From: an uncultured Actinomycetota bacterium
Lineage (GTDB): Bacteria > Actinomycetota > Actinomycetes > Mycobacteriales > SCTD01
Assembly (NCBI GenBank): GCA_963815615.1
Contig: CAWFHF010000008.1
Location: forward strand, 8,766-72,765
Direction: 5' to 3'
Length of the DNA stretch: 64,000 bases
Part shown: one piece after another, positions 21,398 to 31,895 of the stretch
How positions within the stretch are numbered: position 1 is the stretch's first letter
How the letters are laid out: each line of letters starts with the position of its first letter
Notes under the pieces: model-generated
Seen by the model: only the letters and a program-made list of their open reading frames with translations
The model's database searches: none
What the model was told of the DNA's origin: nothing
Position numbers and translations under genes: made by a program

Positions 21398-22219
21398 GTG
21401 CTGCCCCCGGTCGCGGTCCCCTTCCCCGTCCGCGCCCCGTACAGCACGGCGCCCGCCCCCCGCCCGCTGGGGGACGCCCCGCACGTCGTGCTCGACGACG
21501 CCCTGCCGGCCGCCCTGCAGCGCCGGCGCGAGCGGCTGGCGACGGACCCGGACGGCGTCGTCGTCCCGTGCACCGACGACCCCGACGGGCTGGCCGCGGC
21601 GCTGCGCCGGGCGCTCGCCCTGGTGCCGCTGCCGGACGACGACGGCGGCTGGGAGGAGCTGGCCCGGGCGTGGATGCTGGGCTGCGCGGACGACCTCGTG
21701 GTGCTGCGCCGGCAGGGCCCGGGCGTGCTGCGGGCCGAGCTGCTGCTGGTGGCCTTCCCCAGCGGCTGGGCGCCCCGTGAGCGCCGCGGCGCGACCCTGG
21801 AGCAGCTGCACGCCCCGGTGGCCGACGGCGCCCGGCTGCGGCGCGCCACCCCCGCGCTGTCGGAGGCGCTGCTGACCAAGGGGCCGTACGTGCAGCACGT
21901 GTGGGGCCTGGACCCGTCGGGCCGGCTCGACCGCGACCCGAGCGCCCCCGACGCCGAGCCGCCGTCGTGCCCTGCGCCGGAGCGCTGGTGGCTGCGGGTG
22001 GAGCGGCAGACCACCCTGCCGCTCGGCGACCGGGCCCTGTTCACGATCCGGCCGTACCTGGTGCCGCTGCCGTCGCTGTCCGGCGGGCAGCAGGGCGTGC
22101 TGGCCGACGCCCTGGCGTCCATGTCGGAGGAGGCGGTGGCCTACAAGGGGCTCGCCGGTGTGCGCGACGAGCTGGTGCGCTGGCTGCGGGCTCAGTTCTC
22201 GGTCGGGTCGTCCGGGTAG
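21398..22219 (+). CDS. DUF3445 / heme-dependent oxidative N-demethylase-like protein
   Basis: GTG 21398 lies 3 nt after the kinase stop, inside track ORF 17687..22219. RWWLRVERQTTLPLGDRALFTIRPYLVPL resembles DUF3445 proteins (from memory). Confidence 0.5.
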   Translation: MLPPVAVPFPVRAPYSTAPAPRPLGDAPHVVLDDALPAALQRRRERLATDPDGVVVPCTDDPDGLAAALRRALALVPLPDDDGGWEELARAWMLGCADDLVVLRRQGPGVLRAELLLVAFPSGWAPRERRGATLEQLHAPVADGARLRRATPALSEALLTKGPYVQHVWGLDPSGRLDRDPSAPDAEPPSCPAPERWWLRVERQTTLPLGDRALFTIRPYLVPLPSLSGGQQGVLADALASMSEEAVAYKGLAGVRDELVRWLRAQFSVGSSG

Positions 22220-22749
22220 GTCGACACGAGCGCGAGGGTGCCGCCCTGGCGGCGCAGCACCTGCCGCCACAGCAGCCCGGGCGTCGGCGTGAACGGGTCG
22301 CCCGGCAGCGCGTCGAGGACCCACCACGAGCCCTCGTCGACCTCGGCCTCGAGCTGCCCGGCCGACCACCCGGCGTAGCCCGCGAAGACCCGCAGGCCGC
22401 GCACGAGCGGGGCGACGTCGTCGGGCGGGGCGTCGAGGTCGACGGTGGCGAGCACGGGCTGGGCCGGCAGCACGGCGAGCGCCGGCCCGCCCGCCCCGGG
22501 CCGCAACCGGCCCAGGCAGATCGCCGCCTCGGGCTGGACCGGCCCGCCGACGTGGACCAGGCCGGGCTCGTCCACCAGCTCGCCCCACGACGGCAGCACC
22601 TGCACGACGTCGGTGCCGCTGGGGCGGTTCACGACGACGCCGAGCGCGCCGTCGCCCGGGGCGTGCTGCAGGAGCAGGACGACGGTGCGCCGGAAGGTCG
22701 GCTCCTCCAGCGCGGGCGTCGCGACCAGCAGCCGCCCCGACCAGTCCAC
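22192..22749 (-). CDS. YqgE/AlgH family protein (UPF0301)
   Basis: Intact 185-aa ORF. LLVATPALEEPTFRRTVVLLLQH..GALGVVVNRP..FAGYAGWSAGQLEAE. Confidence 0.8.
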   Translation of the reverse strand: MDWSGRLLVATPALEEPTFRRTVVLLLQHAPGDGALGVVVNRPSGTDVVQVLPSWGELVDEPGLVHVGGPVQPEAAICLGRLRPGAGGPALAVLPAQPVLATVDLDAPPDDVAPLVRGLRVFAGYAGWSAGQLEAEVDEGSWWVLDALPGDPFTPTPGLLWRQVLRRQGGTLALVSTYPDDPTEN

Positions 22750-22773
22750 GGTGGCGCCTCGTCGCTGGGGTGC

Positions 22774-24636
<1,863 letters not shown>

Positions 24637-24758
24637 AGCAGTACTCCGATGATCGGCTGGGGAACGGCCGAGCAGACTGCCGGCGCCCCGAGCCTACCGG
24701 CGGGCGCTGCTGGTGCCCGTGCCCGCGCGCGCGGCGCTCTCGCTCGACCGCCCTGGGG

Positions 24759-26129
24759 TCAGGGTCTGGCTGCCGGTGACGGCAGCGGCGGCAGGGTCGC
24801 GCCGGACGGCACCGGCGGCGGGGCGGTGCGCCGGGGTCGTCGGTCGTAGACGCCGCCTCCCGGACTGGTCCACCGGATCGAGCCGTCGGCGAGGGCCCGG
24901 GTGGTCCACCCGGTGTGCTTGGCCCGGTGGGCATGCCGGCTGAGGCTCTGCAGGTTGTCGGCGTCGGTCTGGCCGAGCGGCCAGGGCAGCCGGTGGTCGC
25001 GGTCGGTCCGCCGAGCCGGCGTGCTGTCGCCGGGGAAGACGCTGGTGACGTCGCGCAGGTCGACGAGCCGGCCGAGCGCTGCGCTCGGGACGTACCCGTC
25101 GCAGGTCAGGTCGGCCTGCGTGCTCGCGCCGGTGGCCATCGTCGTGAGGGCGGTACGCAGAGCGCGGGCCCGATCGGGGTCGCCCTTGCGCCACGTCGCG
25201 CGGCGCACGGGGGCCTCGGCCGTGAGGACCTCGCCGGTACGGCCGTCGACGCAGGCCCGGACGAGGTCGGCCTGCGGCAGCAGCGCCTTCGCCTCGTCCG
25301 CACCGATCGGCCCGTACCCGGCGAGCACGGCCGCGTGGTCGGACAGCCCGAGGGCGACGGCGGCGGGCACCCGGACGTCGACCGTCCAGACCGCCGCGCC
25401 CGACAGGGCGTGCAGGTCGACGGCCCGTTCGACCGGGCACTCGATGACGGCTTGCACTCGCACCCGGTCGCACCCGAGCGCGTGCAGCAGTGCGGCGACC
25501 TGCTTCTGGCCCTCCGTCAGCTCCTGGTCGAAGGTCATCGCCGCGGCCCGGCCCCGCAGCGCCGCCAGCACCGTCGCGCCCTGGGTGGCGGTGCACCCCA
25601 GCACCAGGTCGGCCATCCCGTCCGGCTGGGGCCGAAGCCGTGCTCCTGCCGTCCGGGCGGCGGCCTCGTGCCGGCGTCGAGCGGCGTCCGGGTCGACATC
25701 GATCGCCGCCCGCCGGGCCGCGGCCCGCAGCTGCGAGGGGGTGCCGTCGACCGCACCGTCCGGGTCGGCCGGACCGTCGAGGACGGCGGACAGGACCGCG
25801 GCGGCGTGCGGTGCCGCCAGGGGCTCGACCTCCGCCAGCAGCGCCAGGGCGTGCGGGACGCCGACCAGCCCGTGCTCGAGCGCGGCGAGCAGCCGTGGGA
25901 ACGAGGCGAGCCGGAGGGCCTGCCCGAGCCGGTCCGTGCCGGTCTGCGGCGACACGTGCAGCAGGCACGCGACCTCACCGCCCAGGAACTCCCGGTGCTC
26001 GGGCGCCGACACCTGCCACAGCGCCACGAGCGCCCGCTGCTCCGCCACGAACGCCACCGCCGCCGCCCGGGCGGCAGCGCGGACCGCGGCGGCCTGCTCC
26101 CGCGTCGACCCGAACAACGTCCCTGACAT
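24759..26129 (-). CDS. DUF222 + HNH endonuclease domain protein (13E12-repeat-family-like)
   Basis: Intact 456-aa ORF with a helical DUF222-like N-terminus and C-terminal HNH DRDHRLPWPLGQTDADNLQSLSRHAHRAKH. Confidence 0.8.
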   Translation of the reverse strand: MSGTLFGSTREQAAAVRAAARAAAVAFVAEQRALVALWQVSAPEHREFLGGEVACLLHVSPQTGTDRLGQALRLASFPRLLAALEHGLVGVPHALALLAEVEPLAAPHAAAVLSAVLDGPADPDGAVDGTPSQLRAAARRAAIDVDPDAARRRHEAAARTAGARLRPQPDGMADLVLGCTATQGATVLAALRGRAAAMTFDQELTEGQKQVAALLHALGCDRVRVQAVIECPVERAVDLHALSGAAVWTVDVRVPAAVALGLSDHAAVLAGYGPIGADEAKALLPQADLVRACVDGRTGEVLTAEAPVRRATWRKGDPDRARALRTALTTMATGASTQADLTCDGYVPSAALGRLVDLRDVTSVFPGDSTPARRTDRDHRLPWPLGQTDADNLQSLSRHAHRAKHTGWTTRALADGSIRWTSPGGGVYDRRPRRTAPPPVPSGATLPPLPSPAARP

Positions 26130-26319
26130 GCCTCGAACCTAGGACCCGGGTCTGACAGTTCTCGGCGCGGAAAAGCAGGTCAGGGCGGGTGCGGTTCCGC
26201 CCGGGGCGAACACGCCGAGCCGGCAGGGCGGGGCCGGCGGGAAGGGGTCGAACGGCGAGCGAGACCCCGCCTCCACCTCCACGCGTGCACCGACCCCGCC
26301 CCGCGGGAACACCCGCCCC

Positions 26320-26874
26320 ATGAGCGACTACACCGACCCGGAGCTCCGCGAGCAGGTCAAGGCCGAGGTGACGGCCGGTGACAAGGGCGGCCGCCCCGGG
26401 CAGTGGAGCGCCCGCAAGGCCCAGCTCGTCGCGCGCCTCTACAAGGAGCGCGGCGGCGGCTACACGGGCGACAAGGAGCACGAGGGCGAGGCCGCGCAGC
26501 ACCTCGACCGCTGGACGCAGGAGGAGTGGCAGACCGCCGACGGCTCCGCCCGGGCCCGCGACGGCGACACCACCCACCGCTACCTGCCCAAGGAGGCGTG
26601 GGACCGGCTCAGCGACGAGGAGAAGGCCGCGACCGAGCAGGCCAAGACCGGCTCCGACGCGCAGTTCGTCGCCAACCCCGACGCCGCCCGCGCGGCCGGG
26701 CAGGCCGTCCGCGAGCCCTGGACCGGCTACGACGAGCAGACCGTCCCGCAGGTGCTCGACGGCCTGCGGGCGCACCCGCGGGCGGTGGAGGCGGTGCGCG
26801 CCCACGAGAGCGCGACCAAGGACCGCAAGGGCGTGCTGCAGGCGCTGCCCGAGGAGCCGCCCGGGCAGGGGTAG
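26320..26874 (+). CDS. conserved hypothetical, highly charged soluble protein
   Basis: Intact 184-aa ORF with ATG start, GC3-rich. KGGRPGQWSARKAQLVARLYKERGGGYTGD. No function known to me. Confidence 0.6.
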   Translation: MSDYTDPELREQVKAEVTAGDKGGRPGQWSARKAQLVARLYKERGGGYTGDKEHEGEAAQHLDRWTQEEWQTADGSARARDGDTTHRYLPKEAWDRLSDEEKAATEQAKTGSDAQFVANPDAARAAGQAVREPWTGYDEQTVPQVLDGLRAHPRAVEAVRAHESATKDRKGVLQALPEEPPGQG

Positions 26875-26892
26875 CCGTGCCAGGCTGCCCGC

Positions 26893-27966
26893 GTGACCGA
26901 CGACGCGTGGGTGCGGGCCGGCCTGCTCACCCCCGGCGACGACGCCCGCCGGGAGCTGCTGGTCTGGCTCGACGGCCAGGGGGTGTCGCTGCAGGAGATG
27001 CAGCGGGCGCACGCCGTCGGCCGGCTGTTCGCGCTCGCGGGTGACCGCCAGATCACCCCGCCCGGTCCCCGCCGCACGGCCCGGGAGGCGGCGGAGGAGC
27101 TCGGGATGGACCCGGGGCTGCTGCGCCGGGCCTGGCTGGCCCTCGGCCTGCCCGACCCGGTCGAGCCGGTGCTCGGCGACGCCGACCTCGTCGGGCTGCG
27201 CACGATCACCGACGTCGCCGCCCTGGTCGGCGAGGAGGCGGCCCTGACGCTCGCGCGCGTGCTGGGTGCCGGCCTGGCCCGGCTGGCCGACGCCGAGAGC
27301 TCGGCCATGCGCCAGGCCGACGGCATCGACCTGGGCGCGACCGGCAGCGAGCTGCGGACGGCGCAGGCCTGGCAGGCCGTCGCCGGCGTCGTCCCCCGGG
27401 TGGGGGCACTGCTCGACGCCGCCCACCGCCACCACGTCGAGGCGGCCCGCCGGCACTGGGAGCAGGTGCTGGTCGACGGGACGGTCCGCAGCGGGGTGGG
27501 CTTCGCCGACCTGTCGGGCTTCACCGCGCTGTCGGAGCGGGCGAGCCTGCCCGAGCTGGCCACGCTGCTCACGGCCTTCGACGCCACGGCCAGCGAGGTC
27601 GTGCACGCCGGCGGCGGGCGGGTGGTGAAGTTCCTCGGCGACGCCGTCATGTTCGTCGCCACCGCCCCGGACGCCCTCGTGGGCATCGCGCTCGACCTGG
27701 TGCACCACCCGAAGGCCGCCGACGCGGGCCTGCAGGTGCGCGCCGCCGTCGCCGCCGGCGAGCTCGTGGCGCAGGAGGGCGACTGGTACGGCCCGCCGGT
27801 GAACCTCGCCGCCCGGCTGGTGTCGGTGGCCCGGCCGGGCCAGGTGCTGGCCGCGCCCGACCCGGCGTCGCGGCTGTCGGCGGCGTTCGCGACGACGGCC
27901 CAGCCGCCGGTCGCGCTGCGCGGGGTGGAGGCCCCGGTCACGGCGTACGACGTCGTGCGGGCGTGA
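26893..27966 (+). CDS. class III adenylate/guanylate cyclase with helical N-terminal regulatory region
   Basis: Intact 357-aa ORF with catalytic core VGFADLSGFTALSE..VVKFLGDAVMFV..GDWYGPPVNLAARL. Confidence 0.85.
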   Translation: MTDDAWVRAGLLTPGDDARRELLVWLDGQGVSLQEMQRAHAVGRLFALAGDRQITPPGPRRTAREAAEELGMDPGLLRRAWLALGLPDPVEPVLGDADLVGLRTITDVAALVGEEAALTLARVLGAGLARLADAESSAMRQADGIDLGATGSELRTAQAWQAVAGVVPRVGALLDAAHRHHVEAARRHWEQVLVDGTVRSGVGFADLSGFTALSERASLPELATLLTAFDATASEVVHAGGGRVVKFLGDAVMFVATAPDALVGIALDLVHHPKAADAGLQVRAAVAAGELVAQEGDWYGPPVNLAARLVSVARPGQVLAAPDPASRLSAAFATTAQPPVALRGVEAPVTAYDVVRA

Positions 27967-27973
27967 CGGTCCG

Positions 27974-28730
27974 CTAGTCCCCGCCGCCCCCGCCGTCGCC
28001 ACCGCCGGAGTCCCCGCCGCTGTCGGCGCCCGAGCTGTCGACCGCGTCGAAGGCGCCGTCGAGGCCGCCCAGCCCGTCGAGGCCGTCGTCGCCGCCGAGC
28101 GCCGACCAGCTGATCCCGCCGTCGCCGGCGTCGCCCCCGCCGTCGGGCCGGCGGCGGACCGCCCGGTCGACGTCGCGCAGCACCGCGGCGTCCAGCAGCG
28201 GCACCAGCCCGGGGGCCAGGGCCAGCTCGTCGAGGGCGGCGTCGGCCCGGGCCCCTCCGGCCGCCAGCGCCTGCCGCCACCGCTCGCGCTGCGCGGCCAG
28301 CCCGGTGCACCAGGCGTCACCCTCGGGGGTGCGCACGAGCACGGTGCGCAGGAAGCGCTTCTCGGGCCGCAGCAGCCGCCGGTCCACGAGGTCCTCGCGC
28401 GCCTGCCCCAGCAGCACGGCCGGCAGCCCGGTCTCGGCCTGCAGCGCGCGGGCCACGGCCTCCAGCTCGAGGGGTCCGCGCTCCGAGCCGGTGCAGCCGG
28501 ACCTGCAGGGCCGGCAGCGGCGCGCGCTGCGGGACGGCGGCGTCGGCGCGGGTCAGCAGGGCCGTGCGCCGCGAGCCCCACAGCCGCCCCGGCACCTGGT
28601 GCGCCGACAGCGACCAGGTCCCGCAGACCACCAGCTCCTTGAGGCTGAGCGACACCGCCCGTCCGCGCGGCACGGGGCGGCGCAGCAGCAGGTCGGTCTG
28701 CACGGCCGACAGGGGCCAGCTCACCGGCAC
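27974..28730 (-). pseudogene. hypothetical protein with Gly/Asp-rich acidic tail; one frame change near 28490
   Basis: Track ORFs 28317..28730 and 27974..28456 abut. GC3-rich. It ends GGDDGLDGLGGLDGAFDAVDSSGADSGGDSGGGDGGGGGD. No family recognised. Confidence 0.4.
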
Positions 28731-28737
28731 GACCGGG

Positions 28738-29121
28738 TCACAGCAGCGGCCGCAGGGCCTCGACCAGCGGCGCGTCCACCGGGATCCACGGCACGTCGTC
28801 GAGCTCCGCGCCGGCCAGCCAGCGGTGCGCGTCGTGGTCGACGAGCGCCGGCTCGCCGGTCGCGGTGCACAGGTAGACCCGCAGCAGCAGCGCGTCCCCG
28901 ACCTCGACGTCGTCGCCGAGCCGCTCCCCGACGACGACCCCGTCGACGCCGAGCTCCTCGCGCAGCTCGCGGACCAGCGCCTGCACGTCGCTCTCGCCCG
29001 GCTCGACCTTGCCGCCGGGGAACTCCCACAGGCCCGCGAGCGCGGGCGGGCCGGTGCGGCGGCTGGCCAGCACCCGGCCGTCGCGCAGCAGCGCCGCCCC
29101 CACCACGCCCCGGCGCTCCAC
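28738..29121 (-). CDS. NUDIX hydrolase (MutT-like)
   Basis: This is the C-terminal 127 codons of track ORF 28738..29334, with Nudix box [33 protein letters not shown] 29121 was chosen because the longer N-terminus is Ser/Arg-rich and overlaps the divergent gene. Confidence 0.75.
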   Translation of the reverse strand: MERRGVVGAALLRDGRVLASRRTGPPALAGLWEFPGGKVEPGESDVQALVRELREELGVDGVVVGERLGDDVEVGDALLLRVYLCTATGEPALVDHDAHRWLAGAELDDVPWIPVDAPLVEALRPLL

Positions 29122-29149
29122 GCGCCGCAGACTGCCGCACACTCGGCCG

Positions 29150-29426
29150 GTGCGCACGCCCCTCACCGCCGCCCAGCTCGCCGAGGCCCTCGACACGCTC
29201 CCCCGCTGGACCGGCGACGCCTCCCGGCTGTCCCGGACGGTCCGCCTCGACGACGCCGCCCGCCGCGCCGTCGCCGAGCTCGCCGACGCCCTCGACCACC
29301 ATCCCGTGCTCGAGGAGCTGGAGGGTGGCCGCACCCGGCTGGTGCTGTGGACCCACGTGGCGCGGCGCCGTCACCGACCTCGACGTCACCCTCGCCGTCC
29401 GGCTGGACGCCCTGCTCGATGGGTGA
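29150..29426 (+). pseudogene. 4a-hydroxytetrahydrobiopterin dehydratase (PCD/DCoH)-like, one +1 frame change
   Basis: GTG 29150: [42 protein letters not shown]. After a change near 29355 it continues [20 protein letters not shown] to TGA 29424-29426. Confidence 0.6.
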
Positions 29427-29447
29427 GCAGGTCGATGGGTGAGCAGG
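29416..29447. repeat. perfect 16-bp tandem duplication at a gene junction
   Basis: tcgatgggtgagcagg occurs at 29416-29431 and again at 29432-29447. Each copy contains ATGGGTGA (start codon overlapping a stop codon). Confidence 0.9.
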
Positions 29448-30264
29448 CCGCCCGCCTGCTGGCCGGCCCGCCGCCGTGGGGCGACGTCCCCCCGCCCGGG
29501 GCGGTCACGGCGACGCTGCAGCTGCAGCGGCCGGCGTCGTTCGGGCTCGACGCGACGGCACGCTCGACGGCCCACGTGGCCCTCCCGACGTCGTCCTGGG
29601 ACGGCGCCCTGCTGACCCGGGTGCTGCCGGGCGGGGTCGTCCGGGTCGACGACGCGCTGCGGGTCACGGTCGAGGGCGCCCCGGCCGACCCGGAGGGCGT
29701 GGTCCGCCGGGTGCTCGGCCTCGACGACGACCTCACCGACCTGCACGACGGCTGCCGGCAGGTGCCCTCGCTCGCGTGGGTGCCCGAGGCCGGGGCGGGC
29801 CGGGTGCTGCGCGCCCCGACCGTCTGGCAGGACCTGGTGGCGCTGCTGCTCAGCACCCGGACGTCGTTCCGCGGCGCCCGCGCCTCGGTCGCGGCGCTCG
29901 TCGGCGACGGCCCCTTCCCGACGCCGGACGACGTCGCCGGCCGGCCCGTCCTGCCCGGCGGCTACCGGGCGGAGCACCTGCGGGCCCTGGCCCGGCAGGT
30001 CGCGGACGGCGGCGTCGACCCGGAGTCGCTGGCACGCGCTGGACGACGCCGAGGTGCAGGCGCGGGTGCGGGCCCTGCCGGGGCTCGGGCCGTTCAGCGC
30101 GGCGTCGCTGCTGCCGCTGCTCGGGCAGGCCGCGCCCGCTGGTGCTGGACGGGTGGCTGCGCCGGGTCGGGCCGCCCGACCCCGAGCAGCGCTACGCCCC
30201 GCTGGGCCGGTGGGCCGGGACCGGCCTGTGGCTCGAGGTCAGCGGGGCGTGGCTGCGCGGGTGA
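29435..30264 (+). pseudogene. HhH-GPD family DNA glycosylase (AlkA-like), two +1 frame changes
   Basis: ATG 29435, with pieces in track ORFs 29009..31804, 30054..30386 and 29476..30264. VLRAPTVWQDLVALLLSTRTSF; helix-hairpin-helix VRALPGLGPFSAASLLPLLG; LVLDGWLRRV. Frame changes near 30040 and 30135. Confidence 0.55.
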
Positions 30265-30283
30265 GGGCTGCGCGCGTGCGGGG

Positions 30284-31807
30284 CTACTTCGGGCCGATGC
30301 CCAGCGGGTCGCCCACCAGCGGGATGACCTCGCCGCCGTTCTCGGTCGGCGACTCGTCGCCCTTGGTCCCCCAGTCGCTCACGTAGGACTTCGCGGGCAG
30401 CGCGTCGACGGCGGCGAAGCACTGCTCCCGCGCGGCGGCCTTCGCGTCGGCCAGGCAGTCGGCCACGCGGGTGGCGGCCAGGGCGTCGACGAAGCCCCAG
30501 CCGTAGTCGTCGTCCTTGCCGGGCCTGCCGAGGTCGCTGGCGGTGCGGGCGAGCACCTCCTCGGCGACCTCGCCGGTCAGGCGCGGGAAGGCCTGCTTCA
30601 TGAGCGCGACGACGCCGGCGACGTGCGGGCTGCTCATCGAGGTGCCGGAGATGGCCATGTAGCGGGGCAGGTCCTCGGCGGGCGTGGTCGGGTCGGCGGT
30701 GTCGATGACGGCGCCGGTGCTGCGCGCCGCGATGATCAGGCTGCCGGGCGCGGTGACGTCGACCTGCGGCCCGCGGCTGGAGAAGTCGCTCATCGCGTAC
30801 TGCCCGGGCTCCGCGGCCGTCTTCTCGGTCGAGCCGACCGTGATGACGTTGCCCATCGCGCCGGGCCACCCGACGGTGTTCTTGCCGGGGCCGCTGTTGC
30901 CCGCGGAGAACACGAACGTGTAGCCCTTGCCGATCGCCGCGCGGATCATCTGGATGACCGGCTCGCTGTCGGGGTCGGTGACCTCCTGGATGCCCCAGGA
31001 GTTCTGCACGACGTCGACGCCGAGCTCGGGGTGCTCCATGAGGTACTCGATGGCGGCCATGGCGTTGGCCTCCCAGCCGAAGTCGTAGACGACGCCCTGG
31101 ACCGCGCTGGCGATCTTGAAGCCGACGAAGTCGACGCCGGGGGCGACGCCGCTGTAGTCGGCCCCGCTGATGCTGCCCGCGCCGCTGCCGCCGACGGTGG
31201 AGGCGACGTGCGTGCCGTGCCCGATCTCGTCGACGGTGGCGTAGGGGGCGGTCGTCTCGGCGGCGAAGTCGCTGATGACACCGTCGTTGTAGGCGTCGTA
31301 GAGCCAGGCGCCCTCGAAGCCGTAGGTGGCCTTCACCCGGTCGGCGAAGTCCGGGTGGCGGCTGTCGAGGCCGGAGTCGAGGACGGCGACGGTGACGCCC
31401 TTGCCGGTGAGCCCGAGGCCCTTGGGCTTCGGCAGGCGGACCTGGTCGGCCTTGATCGCCTTCTTGCTCTGGTCCAGCGTCAGCCGCAGGCCGTTGTCGC
31501 GCTGCACCCCCGTCACACCGGACAGGGACGCGGCGGCCTGCAGGACGGCGGACGGCGCGACGACGGCGACGGCGTCGACGTGCGAGAACGGCCGCAGCTG
31601 CGTGATGCCGAGGGCGCGCAGGCCGGCGACGTCGGCCGGGGTGACCGGGCGGCCGTACTGCACGAAGGCGTGGAAGCTGCCGGCGCCGAGCAGGGTCCGC
31701 TCGACCGGGGCCGGGGCGCGGACGCCGGCGGACGGGGCGGCGAGCGCGGCCGCGCCCGAGCCGACGAGGGCGGTGGCGGCCAGCAGGCCGACGAGACGAC
31801 GTGACAC
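30284..31807 (-). CDS. secreted S8 family (subtilisin-like) serine protease
   Basis: GTG 31807 (GGAG 5 nt upstream) within track ORF 30284..32356. It has a signal peptide and the catalytic blocks VAVLDSGLD, HGTHVAST and GTSMSSPHVAG. Confidence 0.9.
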   Translation of the reverse strand: MSRRLVGLLAATALVGSGAAALAAPSAGVRAPAPVERTLLGAGSFHAFVQYGRPVTPADVAGLRALGITQLRPFSHVDAVAVVAPSAVLQAAASLSGVTGVQRDNGLRLTLDQSKKAIKADQVRLPKPKGLGLTGKGVTVAVLDSGLDSRHPDFADRVKATYGFEGAWLYDAYNDGVISDFAAETTAPYATVDEIGHGTHVASTVGGSGAGSISGADYSGVAPGVDFVGFKIASAVQGVVYDFGWEANAMAAIEYLMEHPELGVDVVQNSWGIQEVTDPDSEPVIQMIRAAIGKGYTFVFSAGNSGPGKNTVGWPGAMGNVITVGSTEKTAAEPGQYAMSDFSSRGPQVDVTAPGSLIIAARSTGAVIDTADPTTPAEDLPRYMAISGTSMSSPHVAGVVALMKQAFPRLTGEVAEEVLARTASDLGRPGKDDDYGWGFVDALAATRVADCLADAKAAAREQCFAAVDALPAKSYVSDWGTKGDESPTENGGEVIPLVGDPLGIGPK

Positions 31808-31895
31808 AGGTGCTCCAGAGGGCGAGGGGGCGGCCGGTCTGCTGCTGGCTTCGACGCCGCCGCGCCGGGTCCTGCCGCTCCACGAGGATGTGGCC

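Noticed and set aside
24637-26319. Prophage or genomic island around the HNH gene
   Set aside because: I found no integrase, recombinase, tRNA target, flanking repeats or phage structural genes. It is a single gene only.
26130-26319. tRNA or small RNA gene in the larger intergenic gaps (also 1180-1355, 3394-3569, 45813-45932, 51111-51290, 58287-58436)
   Set aside because: I could not find a cloverleaf-compatible sequence, a T-loop (GTTCGAATC-like) motif or a conserved riboswitch core by eye. A covariance-model scan would be needed to be certain.
30284-31807. S8 protease as a mycosin (T7SS protease) linked to the 33524-37617 operon
   Set aside because: It has no C-terminal TM anchor, which mycosins typically have. 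It is on the opposite strand, separated by the polymerase-like gene, and no Ecc core genes are nearby.
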